64,000 bases of DNA, taken from the NCBI GenBank assembly GCA_964518475.1, contig CAZFGR010000001.1, positions 128,001-192,000 of the forward strand, given 5' to 3'. Within the stretch, counting starts at the first letter, position 1. The number at the start of each line of letters is the position of its first letter. Positions 20,123 through 29,845 of the stretch are shown piece after piece. Made by a program: the position numbers and the translations under genes. The notes beneath the pieces are model-generated. The model searched no databases and was not told where the DNA came from. It worked only from the letters and a program-made list of their open reading frames with translations. This DNA comes from an uncultured Nitrososphaerota archaeon (GTDB lineage: Archaea; Asgardarchaeota; Njordarchaeia; Njordarchaeales; Njordarchaeaceae).

Positions 20123-20284
20123 TATTAGTTATCCACCCTCTCCACCTATCTACTAATAGTGAGATTGAAATAATGAATGTTAATGTTTAGTGTATTATTT
20201 CGATAGGTAATTTGGTTATGCTGCACCAAAAATACTTGCAGAAGCTCATGAGTAAGAATCTTATGTGAGCAGGGGTGTCATGAA

Positions 20285-21922
20285 GTGTCAGATAGTACTC
20301 AGGGATATCCAAAGAAATATGTGCTCGATCTAAGTTTGATTCTCTCTGGAGCATTGAAGAGTACGAAGATTTTGGAACTAATTAGAACAGGAAAATTCTA
20401 CATTCCCTGGATAATAATTAACAAGTTAAAACAGATGGCCAATCAAGGACTCGAAGAGGGCATCGTGGGAATTAACGAGTTAGTTAGGCTACGTGAGTTA
20501 GGGGCTGAGATTGAATATTTGTTTCAGGATACCAAAATTCACGGGAGCTTAGAAGAAGTTGTCCTGGAGACCGCAAAGAACATAAATGCTACTCTATTAA
20601 CAAGTGACGAGACACTATACCAACTGGCAAAAGTTGCTGGAATAGACGCTTTATTAATTAAACGCCAAAAAAGAGCAGAAAAGTGCTTGAGAATCAGAGA
20701 TTTTTTTGACGAAGATACGCTATCCATTCACTTAAAAGAAGGAGTAAAACCGATGGCTAAGAAGGGAAAGCCTGGAGAATGGGAATTCGTTACTCTGAGG
20801 GATGAACCACTTACAAGAGAAGAGTTAGAGGAACTTATTCGTGAAATAATAGAGGAAGTTCGCAAAACTGATGTGAGAGGATTTATTGAATTAGAACGAC
20901 CATCCTCGACAATAATACAGCTTGAGGATCTTCGAATAGTTATCACAAAACCACCATTCTCGGATGCACTTGAAATCACTGCCGTGAGACCAGTTAAACG
21001 ACTTAAACTAGAAGATTATAATTTACCACAGAAGCTGATTAATCGTCTACTTTTTCGAGCAGAGGGAATCTTAATAGCTGGAGCTCCAGGTATGGGCAAA
21101 ACAACATTCGCCCAAGCTTTAGCCGAGTTCTATATGAGAAAAGGAAAAATAGTTAAGACTATCGAGGCTCCCCGAGACATGGTTCTACCCAGAGAGATAA
21201 CAAGTTATTCTAAGTCATTTGGTACATCCGAAGAAATTCATGATATATTGCTATTATCAAGGCCCGATTACACAATCTTTGATGAGATGAGGAATCCCGA
21301 AGACTTCAAATTATTTGCTGATTTACGACTTGCTGGTGTGGGAATGGTAGGAGTTGTTCATGCTACAACCGCTATTGATGCTATTCAACGATTTATAGGC
21401 AAAGTAGAACTCGGAATGATTCCTTCCATAATAGATACCGTAATATTCATGCACAAAGGAAAAGTAAACCGGGTTTTAGCATTAAAGACCGTAGTTAAAG
21501 TCCCACATGGACTCCAAAGCGAAGACTTAGCTAGACCAGTCGTTTTAGTGTACGATTTCTTAACTAACAAGCCAATGTATGAAATATACACTTTCGGAGA
21601 AAGAACCTTTGTAGTCCCCGTTAGTAGAGAGGCTGTTGAAGAACTATACGGTGTAGAAGAAAAAGCGGAACGACCCGAGGAAGTCCGGGGAATGCCCCTC
21701 CCATATGTTATTAGAGTTAAAAAGAAAGCCTATATCTTCGATTTTGGCCGTGCACATGGAGGGAAAACGGTATCAGCGTATCTCGGTTCACGATTCCTTT
21801 TCGCTGATGTTATAGGGAAATCGGGAACCATAAGAATTGATAAGCGAGGAAGAATAGGTCGAATAATAAAGGAAGCTCTGGAGAGAGGAGAAAGAATACA
21901 ATTTTACGAGGAGGAAGAATAA
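20285..21922 (+). CDS. PINA ATPase (PIN domain + VirB11-like ATPase)
   Basis: N-terminal PIN-like region; GAPGMGKTT, RPDYTIFDEMR, GVVHAT, GMIPSIIDT. Confidence 0.92.
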   Translation: MSDSTQGYPKKYVLDLSLILSGALKSTKILELIRTGKFYIPWIIINKLKQMANQGLEEGIVGINELVRLRELGAEIEYLFQDTKIHGSLEEVVLETAKNINATLLTSDETLYQLAKVAGIDALLIKRQKRAEKCLRIRDFFDEDTLSIHLKEGVKPMAKKGKPGEWEFVTLRDEPLTREELEELIREIIEEVRKTDVRGFIELERPSSTIIQLEDLRIVITKPPFSDALEITAVRPVKRLKLEDYNLPQKLINRLLFRAEGILIAGAPGMGKTTFAQALAEFYMRKGKIVKTIEAPRDMVLPREITSYSKSFGTSEEIHDILLLSRPDYTIFDEMRNPEDFKLFADLRLAGVGMVGVVHATTAIDAIQRFIGKVELGMIPSIIDTVIFMHKGKVNRVLALKTVVKVPHGLQSEDLARPVVLVYDFLTNKPMYEIYTFGERTFVVPVSREAVEELYGVEEKAERPEEVRGMPLPYVIRVKKKAYIFDFGRAHGGKTVSAYLGSRFLFADVIGKSGTIRIDKRGRIGRIIKEALERGERIQFYEEEE

Positions 21923-22566
21923 TGGCAAAGGATATTCAGGGGAAAAAAGTAGTAGTTCCAGGAGAATATATTGGCAATGTCAAGGAATATATTCCAGGAG
22001 AAGGCACTTATACTGCTAATGGGAAGATATTTTCGTTATATTATGGCGTAGTAATGTATGATAAAGAGAAAAAGAAAATAAACGTAAGACCTATTAAGCA
22101 GCCTATAGTTCCGCAGAAAAACGACATCATACTAGCCGAGATAACTTCATCCGGAGACAGCATAGCTCAAGCAAAGATATACTTCATAATACGTCGAGAA
22201 GACACTGAATCAAAGCTTATTCCATTAATTCCCCCCTTCTCTGGATTAATTCATGTATCGCAATTAGGGATCAGAACAGAGGCTATAAGCAGATACATCA
22301 AAGTTAGTGATAAGATAATAGGAAGGATAACTATAGATTCTTATCCTCCGTTCGGAATAAGCTTAGCAGGAAAAGATTACGGCGTTGTAGCTGCGAGATG
22401 CAGCAATTGTGGCACGCCCTTAACCCGTAAAAATAATAACTTATTCTGCCCTAACTGTCATAAAAATAACCCTCGAAAAATCTCTCCACTCTATAACTTC
22501 GAGTTATTCGAGGAATTGTTTAGAAAGTATAAGAGAAGGGTAGAGGTTATAGGAGAGGTCGAGTAA
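21922..22566 (+). CDS. csl4: Exosome complex component Csl4
   Basis: VVPGEYIG...PGEGTY, S1 domain GLIHVSQ, GVVAARCSNCG...CPNC Zn ribbon. Confidence 0.92.
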   Translation: MAKDIQGKKVVVPGEYIGNVKEYIPGEGTYTANGKIFSLYYGVVMYDKEKKKINVRPIKQPIVPQKNDIILAEITSSGDSIAQAKIYFIIRREDTESKLIPLIPPFSGLIHVSQLGIRTEAISRYIKVSDKIIGRITIDSYPPFGISLAGKDYGVVAARCSNCGTPLTRKNNNLFCPNCHKNNPRKISPLYNFELFEELFRKYKRRVEVIGEVE

Positions 22567-22568
22567 GT

Positions 22569-22826
22569 ATGAGCGATAATAATTTACTAACACTTATTCG
22601 GTTAGGTTTTCTTCCTCCTAATTTTAAAACACAGGATCTTGAAAGAACACTATATTATATAATCTGGGATCGATTTCGTCTCGTCTGTAATTTTGGGGAA
22701 ATAAAATCTCTTTCTCCGCCAGTTATATTCTGTAAAAAGGTACAAATGAATTGTGACTTTATATATTGCCCTATAATTAAGAACGCTTTGAGAGATTATG
22801 AAAGAAAGAATTTGACTACACTATAA
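22569..22826 (+). CDS. Small Cys-containing hypothetical protein
   Basis: 85-aa ORF 2 nt downstream of csl4; C...CKK...C...CP. Confidence 0.55.
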   Translation: MSDNNLLTLIRLGFLPPNFKTQDLERTLYYIIWDRFRLVCNFGEIKSLSPPVIFCKKVQMNCDFIYCPIIKNALRDYERKNLTTL

Positions 22827-22830
22827 GTTC

Positions 22831-23796
22831 TTAACCCATCAGAATCTTTAAGATGATTATAACAACCGCGAGAGATATTGGAATCGGTAAGGCTGGTAAC
22901 GTAACTTCGCGTCCTCTGCTTAGATTTCTTACCAAGATAAGTCCCGTGATGATTACACCAGCTATTATAGCTGCCCCAACGACTAACGCTATGATTTCAC
23001 CAAAGTATGCTAGAGAGTAACTAACTGCAAGGGAATAAAAGAAGATATCTCCAAGACCTAGCATTAATGCTTTTTCACTATTTTCTCTTACTCTCTTTGA
23101 AAGTTCCTCTGAAATTTTCTTGATGGGACCTTTAAAAACTGCAAAAATATCATAAAGCACGAAACCTATCATAAGCACTAAGGGAGTATAAAAGCCCATA
23201 AAAAGGCCTATGAGAGAACCTGCCCAGGTAACTGATAGAAGAAGAGTATAGTTTCGTAAACGTATCCATTCACTCTTTAATAAACTGATAGCTTGCAAAA
23301 CACCAAACAATACGAAAATCGCATAGGATAATACGCCAAACCAGTTAACTAAACTATGTAAAATAGCTATGAACTCTTCGTGGAGTATTGTTAAGAAGGC
23401 TATGAATATTAGAAGCCATATTGGTATGACGAACGAAGCCATGCTAGCTGTAAGATATGAGAGAAGAAGAACTTGTATAATAACAATTAACTTCAATTTA
23501 CCACTTCTCAAGAGGAGATACAATATTACGGAGAATAAAATTACCATGGATATGTAAAATAGTAAGTTAAGTACCGCCGCACTCTCCCCCATAGTACTCT
23601 CTTTAAAAATTGCTGCTTCTTCTCCTACACCGAAGATCCAATATAATGGTATAACTGTCCCTATAGAAATTAGAATCGTCAAAAGTACGACTCGTACAAG
23701 GATTCCGAGCAAACTCCAAGTTCTTTTTTTATCCTTAAGGTTAAACATTAATACTGGAAACCATTGAGAAATATTGTCCTCACTCATTACTAACAC
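22831..23796 (-). CDS. Presenilin-family GxGD intramembrane aspartyl protease
   Basis: YD, LGLGD and PALP motifs; about 9 transmembrane helices. Confidence 0.93.
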   Translation of the reverse strand: MLVMSEDNISQWFPVLMFNLKDKKRTWSLLGILVRVVLLTILISIGTVIPLYWIFGVGEEAAIFKESTMGESAAVLNLLFYISMVILFSVILYLLLRSGKLKLIVIIQVLLLSYLTASMASFVIPIWLLIFIAFLTILHEEFIAILHSLVNWFGVLSYAIFVLFGVLQAISLLKSEWIRLRNYTLLLSVTWAGSLIGLFMGFYTPLVLMIGFVLYDIFAVFKGPIKKISEELSKRVRENSEKALMLGLGDIFFYSLAVSYSLAYFGEIIALVVGAAIIAGVIITGLILVRNLSRGREVTLPALPIPISLAVVIIILKILMG

Positions 23797-23818
23797 GCTC
23801 CATAATAGGTGTTAAAAA

Positions 23819-24964
23819 ATGCTCGTAGATGAGGTAGCTAAATCTAGGAAAGAAAGAGTAATCGACCTTTTAAAAAAATATGATGCTGATGGCTGGCTTG
23901 TTATTTCCTCCAAAAATGATCCTAATCTGGATTATCTCTTAAACGCATCTTACTATGGTCTAACAGCAGCGCTTCTTACTAGGGATTCTCTTAAGATCTT
24001 AGCTAGTAAGCTTGAAGAAAGCATGGTCTCCAAACCACATGTTGATCAAGTTATCACTTACTATGGTTCAAGAGATTTTGTAGCTAAATTGCTAGAATTA
24101 TTAAAAGATGTACGAGACGGTAGATTATTGCTTAATATTGCCCCTCCTCTTGTCTCCACCCACGCTTCTCGAATATCGTACGGCCACGCAAAAGTTATCA
24201 TGAATCTCTGCGAACTATACGGCATAACAGTCGTTTCTTCTCATAATTTTGTAAATGAACTTAGGAGCATTAAGACCGATGCAGAACTGACCGCGTTAGA
24301 AAAAAGTGTCAAATTCACGTTAGAGGCTATAGATAATGTTGTTGAAAAAATAAAAATTGGTATGAGTGAGAAAGAAGTAGCAGCCATGTTATATAAGGAA
24401 ATCTACTTAATAGCTAAGCCAGCTTTTGAAACTATAGTTGCTTTTGGGGAAAATACAGCCAATCCCCACCACGAAACTTCTGATAAGAAATTAAGAGCAG
24501 GGGAGATAGGATATATCGACGTTGGAATAAGATATGCGGGCGTATGTTCTGATATTACGCGAGTTTTCTTCACCAGTACTGCGGATGCAGAATTTAGTAA
24601 AATTTATCTGGCTGTAAGGGAGGCACAGGATGCCAGCATCTCTAAGATTCGTGATGGTATTTCTGCTGTAGAGCCAGATACTGTCGCTCGTGAAACAATT
24701 AAAGCACACGGTTATGATCCCGAAAAACATTTTACACATGGCTTAGGTCATCCACTAGGAGTAGAAGTACATGACGTTGGGCCAGCACTAAGCTTTTTGT
24801 CTCCTCCTAATGTTTTGCTTCGAAAAAATATGGCCTTAACAATAGAACCCGCGATATATATTGAAAAGAAAGGAGGCGTTAGACTAGAAGATGATATTAT
24901 TGTAGAATCTACTAGTGCTAGAAGACTCTCTAGATCTCCTGAAGAACCTCCTAAAGTAGGTTAA
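23819..24964 (+). CDS. Xaa-Pro peptidase (M24B)
   Basis: LRSIKT, ANPHH, DVG...SDITR, HGLGHPLGVEVHD, TIEPAIY, GVRLEDD. Confidence 0.93.
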   Translation: MLVDEVAKSRKERVIDLLKKYDADGWLVISSKNDPNLDYLLNASYYGLTAALLTRDSLKILASKLEESMVSKPHVDQVITYYGSRDFVAKLLELLKDVRDGRLLLNIAPPLVSTHASRISYGHAKVIMNLCELYGITVVSSHNFVNELRSIKTDAELTALEKSVKFTLEAIDNVVEKIKIGMSEKEVAAMLYKEIYLIAKPAFETIVAFGENTANPHHETSDKKLRAGEIGYIDVGIRYAGVCSDITRVFFTSTADAEFSKIYLAVREAQDASISKIRDGISAVEPDTVARETIKAHGYDPEKHFTHGLGHPLGVEVHDVGPALSFLSPPNVLLRKNMALTIEPAIYIEKKGGVRLEDDIIVESTSARRLSRSPEEPPKVG

Positions 24965-25018
24965 GGAAATTAAAGTTAGGAGAATGACCTAATAATATTT
25001 TCCAAGTTTATACTCTTA

Positions 25019-25681
25019 CTATTTTTCTTTTCTTGGAATAATTTTATGAGCTGTTAAGGCGAATCCTAGCGGGAGAAAAACTAATACAGCAAGTAATAGC
25101 TCCCATGCCTCTATACTTCCTTCTGGTGGTTGAGTATACCTCCTTCCACTAACCGATACTGTTAATGCGGGACATACGATGGAGCTTTTTTCTTTCAATT
25201 CACCTTTTACACGTTCGAATGTGATTCTGAACGAATCAAATGCATACTCGCCTTCTTCAGTAAACTCAAGCAGAATCCAATAGTAGAACGTCCTATTCAT
25301 ATCAACTTTCTCTATTCGCGATGTAACATTGGTACCCTCTCGTACAATTTTAATACTCGAAAAAACAACTGATGAATCATTTCTAGTAGCTAGTACTTTG
25401 ACATTCTGAGGGATAAGCATCCAGAATGTGACGTTATAAAGAATCCAAGTTGTGGGATTATGAATTACTAAGATTAGGTAAACGGGCATGTTCACATAGA
25501 TCTCAGAAGAATTGAATACTCTATAAGATATTATCTGAGACTCCTGTTGCATTTCTTTTATAGGAAGTTTCGTTACTTCATAACTATGAACTAATGGTGC
25601 CGAAAAGCTGTACATTATAATGAGACTGAAAACTAATATTACTAGCCGCCTCTTTTGTGCATAAGAAGAATTTTTAGCCAT
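25019..25681 (-). CDS. Single-pass surface protein with Ig-like domain (TRAP-beta/BatD-like)
   Basis: Signal peptide, beta-rich domain with several N-x-S/T sequons, C-terminal TM and basic tail. Confidence 0.55.
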   Translation of the reverse strand: MAKNSSYAQKRRLVILVFSLIIMYSFSAPLVHSYEVTKLPIKEMQQESQIISYRVFNSSEIYVNMPVYLILVIHNPTTWILYNVTFWMLIPQNVKVLATRNDSSVVFSSIKIVREGTNVTSRIEKVDMNRTFYYWILLEFTEEGEYAFDSFRITFERVKGELKEKSSIVCPALTVSVSGRRYTQPPEGSIEAWELLLAVLVFLPLGFALTAHKIIPRKEK

Positions 25682-25987
25682 TTTTCTCCCTCAACATAAT
25701 AATGTTTTTCTAAATAGCCTCTCCAGGAATTCGTTTGAAGGAAATCTAGAGTTAAAAAGTTTTAGAAAAATTTAATAAAGATGCCACAAAGAGTCTTTTA
25801 GAAAATGTTCTCCCAAACAAACAGACTAAGATGTTGGCAATCTTACTTATCACGTGAGCAGAGTTTTAGTTTATCCTAAATCCTAAGTTGTTTCTCCTAC
25901 TAATAGCTGGTGAAGAACCAATAAAAAGTAATGCATAGCTAAAACTAGGATCGTAGTAAGTTGGAGAAAATGTTGAAAAGGGGTTTT

Positions 25988-27880
25988 CTACTCGATTATC
26001 TTGAAGAGATCAGAAACTTTGTGTCCTGGTTTTCCGATAACTGTGTATTTGATCTTGTACTCCGATTTCGCTGGAATCTCTTTGATAATCCATCTAACCT
26101 CTAATCCCCCTACTACCTCCTCAACGCTCTCCGCTGCAGGTTCTGCTTTCTCTGCTATAAAATCAAATGTTTCAGGTATGCGTTCTATAAATTCATAGTT
26201 TTCTACGGGTAGGTCGCCTTCATTCTTAAGCGTAACGATAACTACATACTCATTCTCGGTCTCCCCTGGTTCGACCTCTTTGCTCTTCGCGATTTTCCTA
26301 AGAGCCTCCATGGTTTCAAGCTTTGGTACTTCATCCAGTACTATCCTCAGAGGCCTTGTATCGGGAGAGAACGCGATTTCTGCTTCAGCAGGGAACTCAT
26401 AAATAACTCCTGGTTTGGGATCTACTGATTGAATTGTATATCTTATAATAATGGATTCACCACGCAACAAGGGTTCTCCAAGTATCTCTTTGAACCCAGT
26501 CATCACGATTCTTAGCGTATGCTCTTTTGATGGATCTGGATCTTGAGGAGACACGTCTATCTGTACCATCTCTGGAGGGAGTTCAAATTCTCCACCGCCT
26601 TTTACTGCGTATACTTTAACATTAACTGGTCGTGGAGGCTTAAAGTCTGCAGGTATTTTTGCTGTTACAACGACCCTATCTAGCGACGCACTTCCTAAGT
26701 TATCAATCCTAACTGTTGCATGGATATTCTCCGCTAAGTGTCCGACTAATTGATGCTCAGTTAATCCTTTAATGTAGGGTGGGTGTTCAACTTTCAGTTC
26801 CTTAGTAATTCTACCCCAGACCACCGGAATTTCTATATCTTCTATTCTGAATTCGCCCGCGGTTCTCTTTATTACCTCTGGTATAATCCATACTTTCAAA
26901 TTCGTGACAAGTTTAGGCTCCGCTTCATGCGCTATCGTAAATGGACCAATTCTAGCGGTTTCTGCTGGATTTACAATTACTGGTTCCCAGATGATTGTAT
27001 CATAGTCTCTCTTGCCCGGAATTTTTCTTTCAATAGAACCTTTGATCTCCGCTCCACCTTCTTCCGGTGATAGTGCTTTTCCTTCCACCACACCTATTTC
27101 CGCTATTACTTTGATAGGTGCCTTACTCTTATTATCGACGATTATGTAATAATCCCAAACTCCTCTATGCTCTAATCTTTCCGTTTTATCAACATGGTGA
27201 ATAACATTCAATACTCCTTTTACTTCCTCCACATCAAGACCGCTTACAGTGAGCCCTTCAGAGAAATATCTGTATACAACGACACCTGATCTAAACGCCT
27301 CTTCACTTTTCGCCGAAACTGTTGCATCAATCTCTACTTTAGTTTCTTCGTGTGGCCTAACTATAAGACCCTCTATTATTAATCTAGAATCTTCTGTTCT
27401 TATAGAACCGCTTTCTAGTGTTGGAAGGTTTACTATCTTTATTTGGTCTGGGATAGGCTTAGCTATATTCAATGCGAATTCTTTATCTGTAGAATTCTTT
27501 ATCATGAGTCTTATCTTTATTGGAATATCTTCCTGCATCAACGCTATAGGTCGAGCAAAATCTTCCGGAAAAACTAATTGCTCTATTACTGATACCGCAC
27601 GTGCTACTTCCTTTAACTTATATTCTACTTCCTTGGGTCCTTTTACTGGATCATATTTAGGCACAAAACCTACGAAGACTTTCTTTTCTAGGTTTGTTTT
27701 TTCGAAATTCTTTAGGGAAATTTCTAGATCGTATATAGGACTCTCGGTCGCATTCGCTACTAGAATCTTCCCACTATTTCTTAGCTCGCGTTCTTGTCCT
27801 TCATGTGAGAGCACTCCTTCTTGCTTCTCAGCCAGAATTATAATTAATCCTTCTTTCTCAGGTATCTTTTCAAGTTCCAT
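25988..27880 (-). CDS. Cytoplasmic beta-sandwich protein; N-terminal mu-homology-like domain plus DUF11/Ig-like repeats
   Basis: 630 aa, no signal peptide; repeated V-x-I-x-N-x-G strands; GLTVSGLDV motif. Confidence 0.5.
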   Translation of the reverse strand: MELEKIPEKEGLIIILAEKQEGVLSHEGQERELRNSGKILVANATESPIYDLEISLKNFEKTNLEKKVFVGFVPKYDPVKGPKEVEYKLKEVARAVSVIEQLVFPEDFARPIALMQEDIPIKIRLMIKNSTDKEFALNIAKPIPDQIKIVNLPTLESGSIRTEDSRLIIEGLIVRPHEETKVEIDATVSAKSEEAFRSGVVVYRYFSEGLTVSGLDVEEVKGVLNVIHHVDKTERLEHRGVWDYYIIVDNKSKAPIKVIAEIGVVEGKALSPEEGGAEIKGSIERKIPGKRDYDTIIWEPVIVNPAETARIGPFTIAHEAEPKLVTNLKVWIIPEVIKRTAGEFRIEDIEIPVVWGRITKELKVEHPPYIKGLTEHQLVGHLAENIHATVRIDNLGSASLDRVVVTAKIPADFKPPRPVNVKVYAVKGGGEFELPPEMVQIDVSPQDPDPSKEHTLRIVMTGFKEILGEPLLRGESIIIRYTIQSVDPKPGVIYEFPAEAEIAFSPDTRPLRIVLDEVPKLETMEALRKIAKSKEVEPGETENEYVVIVTLKNEGDLPVENYEFIERIPETFDFIAEKAEPAAESVEEVVGGLEVRWIIKEIPAKSEYKIKYTVIGKPGHKVSDLFKIIE

Positions 27881-27984
27881 GCAACTCCCTCAAGAATACC
27901 TTTTCTAGAGACTTTCGGGATATCAGGATTTTGCAAGTATCATAAAAGCAATACCTTATTAATTATTTATAACTTTCATGCAAC

Positions 27985-28470
27985 TTACTCTTTCGCAAAA
28001 ATAAAACGCAATAAAAGGGAAACACTTAGCAGGAGTATCATTCCTGTTGTATATTCATGAAAATAATGCTCAAAAAACATATTAAGGATTTGGTACGAAG
28101 ATTCCGTAAGTAAATTAGTAATTGGACCTAATTCTGTATAAAGTACAACAAGTATAAAAACAGAATTAAATATAATTACTTGCCATAAAACTTCGCTCCC
28201 CGACTCTGAAGACAATGCTATTAAAGCGCAAGCTACCATGATACTAGAAATCAACACCATTGCATCAGGACTTATTAGGAGGCCGGGATTATTTATATAC
28301 TCGGATATACTCGCTAAGAACTCTACATACTTCTGAGAGAAAGCAAAGAATGTAACAAATTCTGAGAAAGTTTTAGTAACGATGCTCTTAATCGCTAATG
28401 CCAACGTATATAGGCTGAAGGTAAGCCACGCTATAAAAAGAGAGTTTACGATAGCTTTTGTGAAACTCAT
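27985..28470 (-). CDS. Hypothetical 4-TM membrane protein
   Basis: Hydrophobic segments; 4-nt overlap with the TPR gene. Confidence 0.6.
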   Translation of the reverse strand: MSFTKAIVNSLFIAWLTFSLYTLALAIKSIVTKTFSEFVTFFAFSQKYVEFLASISEYINNPGLLISPDAMVLISSIMVACALIALSSESGSEVLWQVIIFNSVFILVVLYTELGPITNLLTESSYQILNMFFEHYFHEYTTGMILLLSVSLLLRFIFAKE

Positions 28471-29627
28471 ACAGAGCCCCTTTGCGTCTCAATTATTGCT
28501 CTAATTAGTTCAATAGAAAAGCTTATCATCTCATTCTGTGAGTTTAATTTTGCCGCTCTTAATAGCGCTTCAAGACTCTTTAATTTCTTACCATTCATGA
28601 TAGCTGCGAGGCCAAGGCCATACCATATTCTAGCATTCCTCCTATTTAATTGTAAAAGCGCTTTAAATGCTTTTTCAGCATCTTTCCATCTCTCTCCCAA
28701 GTATAGTGCCCAAGCCCTAGCATACCAACATGGGAAACAGCTCGCATTTAATCTCAATGCTTCATTAATGAACTCTAATCCTTTTTCTATATCCCCTACT
28801 CTAACGTAGATGACTCCTATGTTATGGTGAAGAATTCCAAGTGTTTTCTTATCTGCTATCTCTCTTTCTTTAAGTTCAATTAATAATCGCTCGAAAATAT
28901 TATATGCTCTCAGGAGATTTCCTTCACAATATTCAAGTTTTCCCGCCGCTAGGAGAGAAAAAACATCATCGCACTTCCCGTCTTTTTGAGTGGAATTTAT
29001 CAAATTTCGTGCCTCTTGAACGTTACCTAGGGATAGACTGGTGATTCCTAGAATACGTCGCACTCTAGTTTTTGTTTCATTATCTAATTCTCCTCTTTTA
29101 ATAACTTCTTTTAGGACTTTGTAGAGTAGTTTCCGTGTCTCCCGCCTAAAAGGCAGTACTACGAAACCATCCTTTTCTGTTGTGAGAAGTCTCTGAAGCT
29201 TGTTTAAATCGTCATCATCGTATTGATTAAGGAAAGCCTCTAGTGAGAGCTCTATGTTTGGTATAAGTTCCCAATCGATTGGGCACGCATATATATCCTC
29301 AAAGAATTTCTCTTCGAAAAATTTGATAGCATTCGAAAAACTATCTGTAAAAGCCTCTAAGAAAAGATAGAGAGCTACTAAATCTTTCAATTCCTCCGTT
29401 TTTCTCGAACTTTTCCAAATATTTGATTGATCTAGAAAGTTTTTTAGTATCTGCTTAGCCTCAGACAAATTACCTTTTTTTATGAGAGTCAAGACTAAGT
29501 TATTGACGACTACTACGTTAGTGCTGTTTCTTAGATATAATTCTTTAAAAGCTTTCTCAGCTCGCTCATAATCACCATCAAGGAAGGAAAGGAATCCCTC
29601 TATGAAGCGTTCTTTGAAATTATTCAC
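28467..29627 (-). CDS. TPR-repeat protein
   Basis: GDYERAEKAF, HHNIGVIY...GDIEKGLEFINEAL, WYARAWALY, IWYGLGLA. Confidence 0.88.
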   Translation of the reverse strand: MNNFKERFIEGFLSFLDGDYERAEKAFKELYLRNSTNVVVVNNLVLTLIKKGNLSEAKQILKNFLDQSNIWKSSRKTEELKDLVALYLFLEAFTDSFSNAIKFFEEKFFEDIYACPIDWELIPNIELSLEAFLNQYDDDDLNKLQRLLTTEKDGFVVLPFRRETRKLLYKVLKEVIKRGELDNETKTRVRRILGITSLSLGNVQEARNLINSTQKDGKCDDVFSLLAAGKLEYCEGNLLRAYNIFERLLIELKEREIADKKTLGILHHNIGVIYVRVGDIEKGLEFINEALRLNASCFPCWYARAWALYLGERWKDAEKAFKALLQLNRRNARIWYGLGLAAIMNGKKLKSLEALLRAAKLNSQNEMISFSIELIRAIIETQRGSV

Positions 29628-29845
29628 GGTTCTCCCCCTTAATTTTGCCTTTGTTTTCTGAAATTAACTTTGTTTTTCGATGGGAAAATCCTTGTATGAT
29701 TTTTCCAAGAGATCCCCAAAACCTCTATGAGTACTAGTATAATACTGTCATAGTCTTATATTATGTCTATCGCACAGTGATAGAAAAAATCTTAATGTAC
29801 TGATACTCTATTTGAGGATAGCGAAATTTTCAAGGAGGTTCACTT

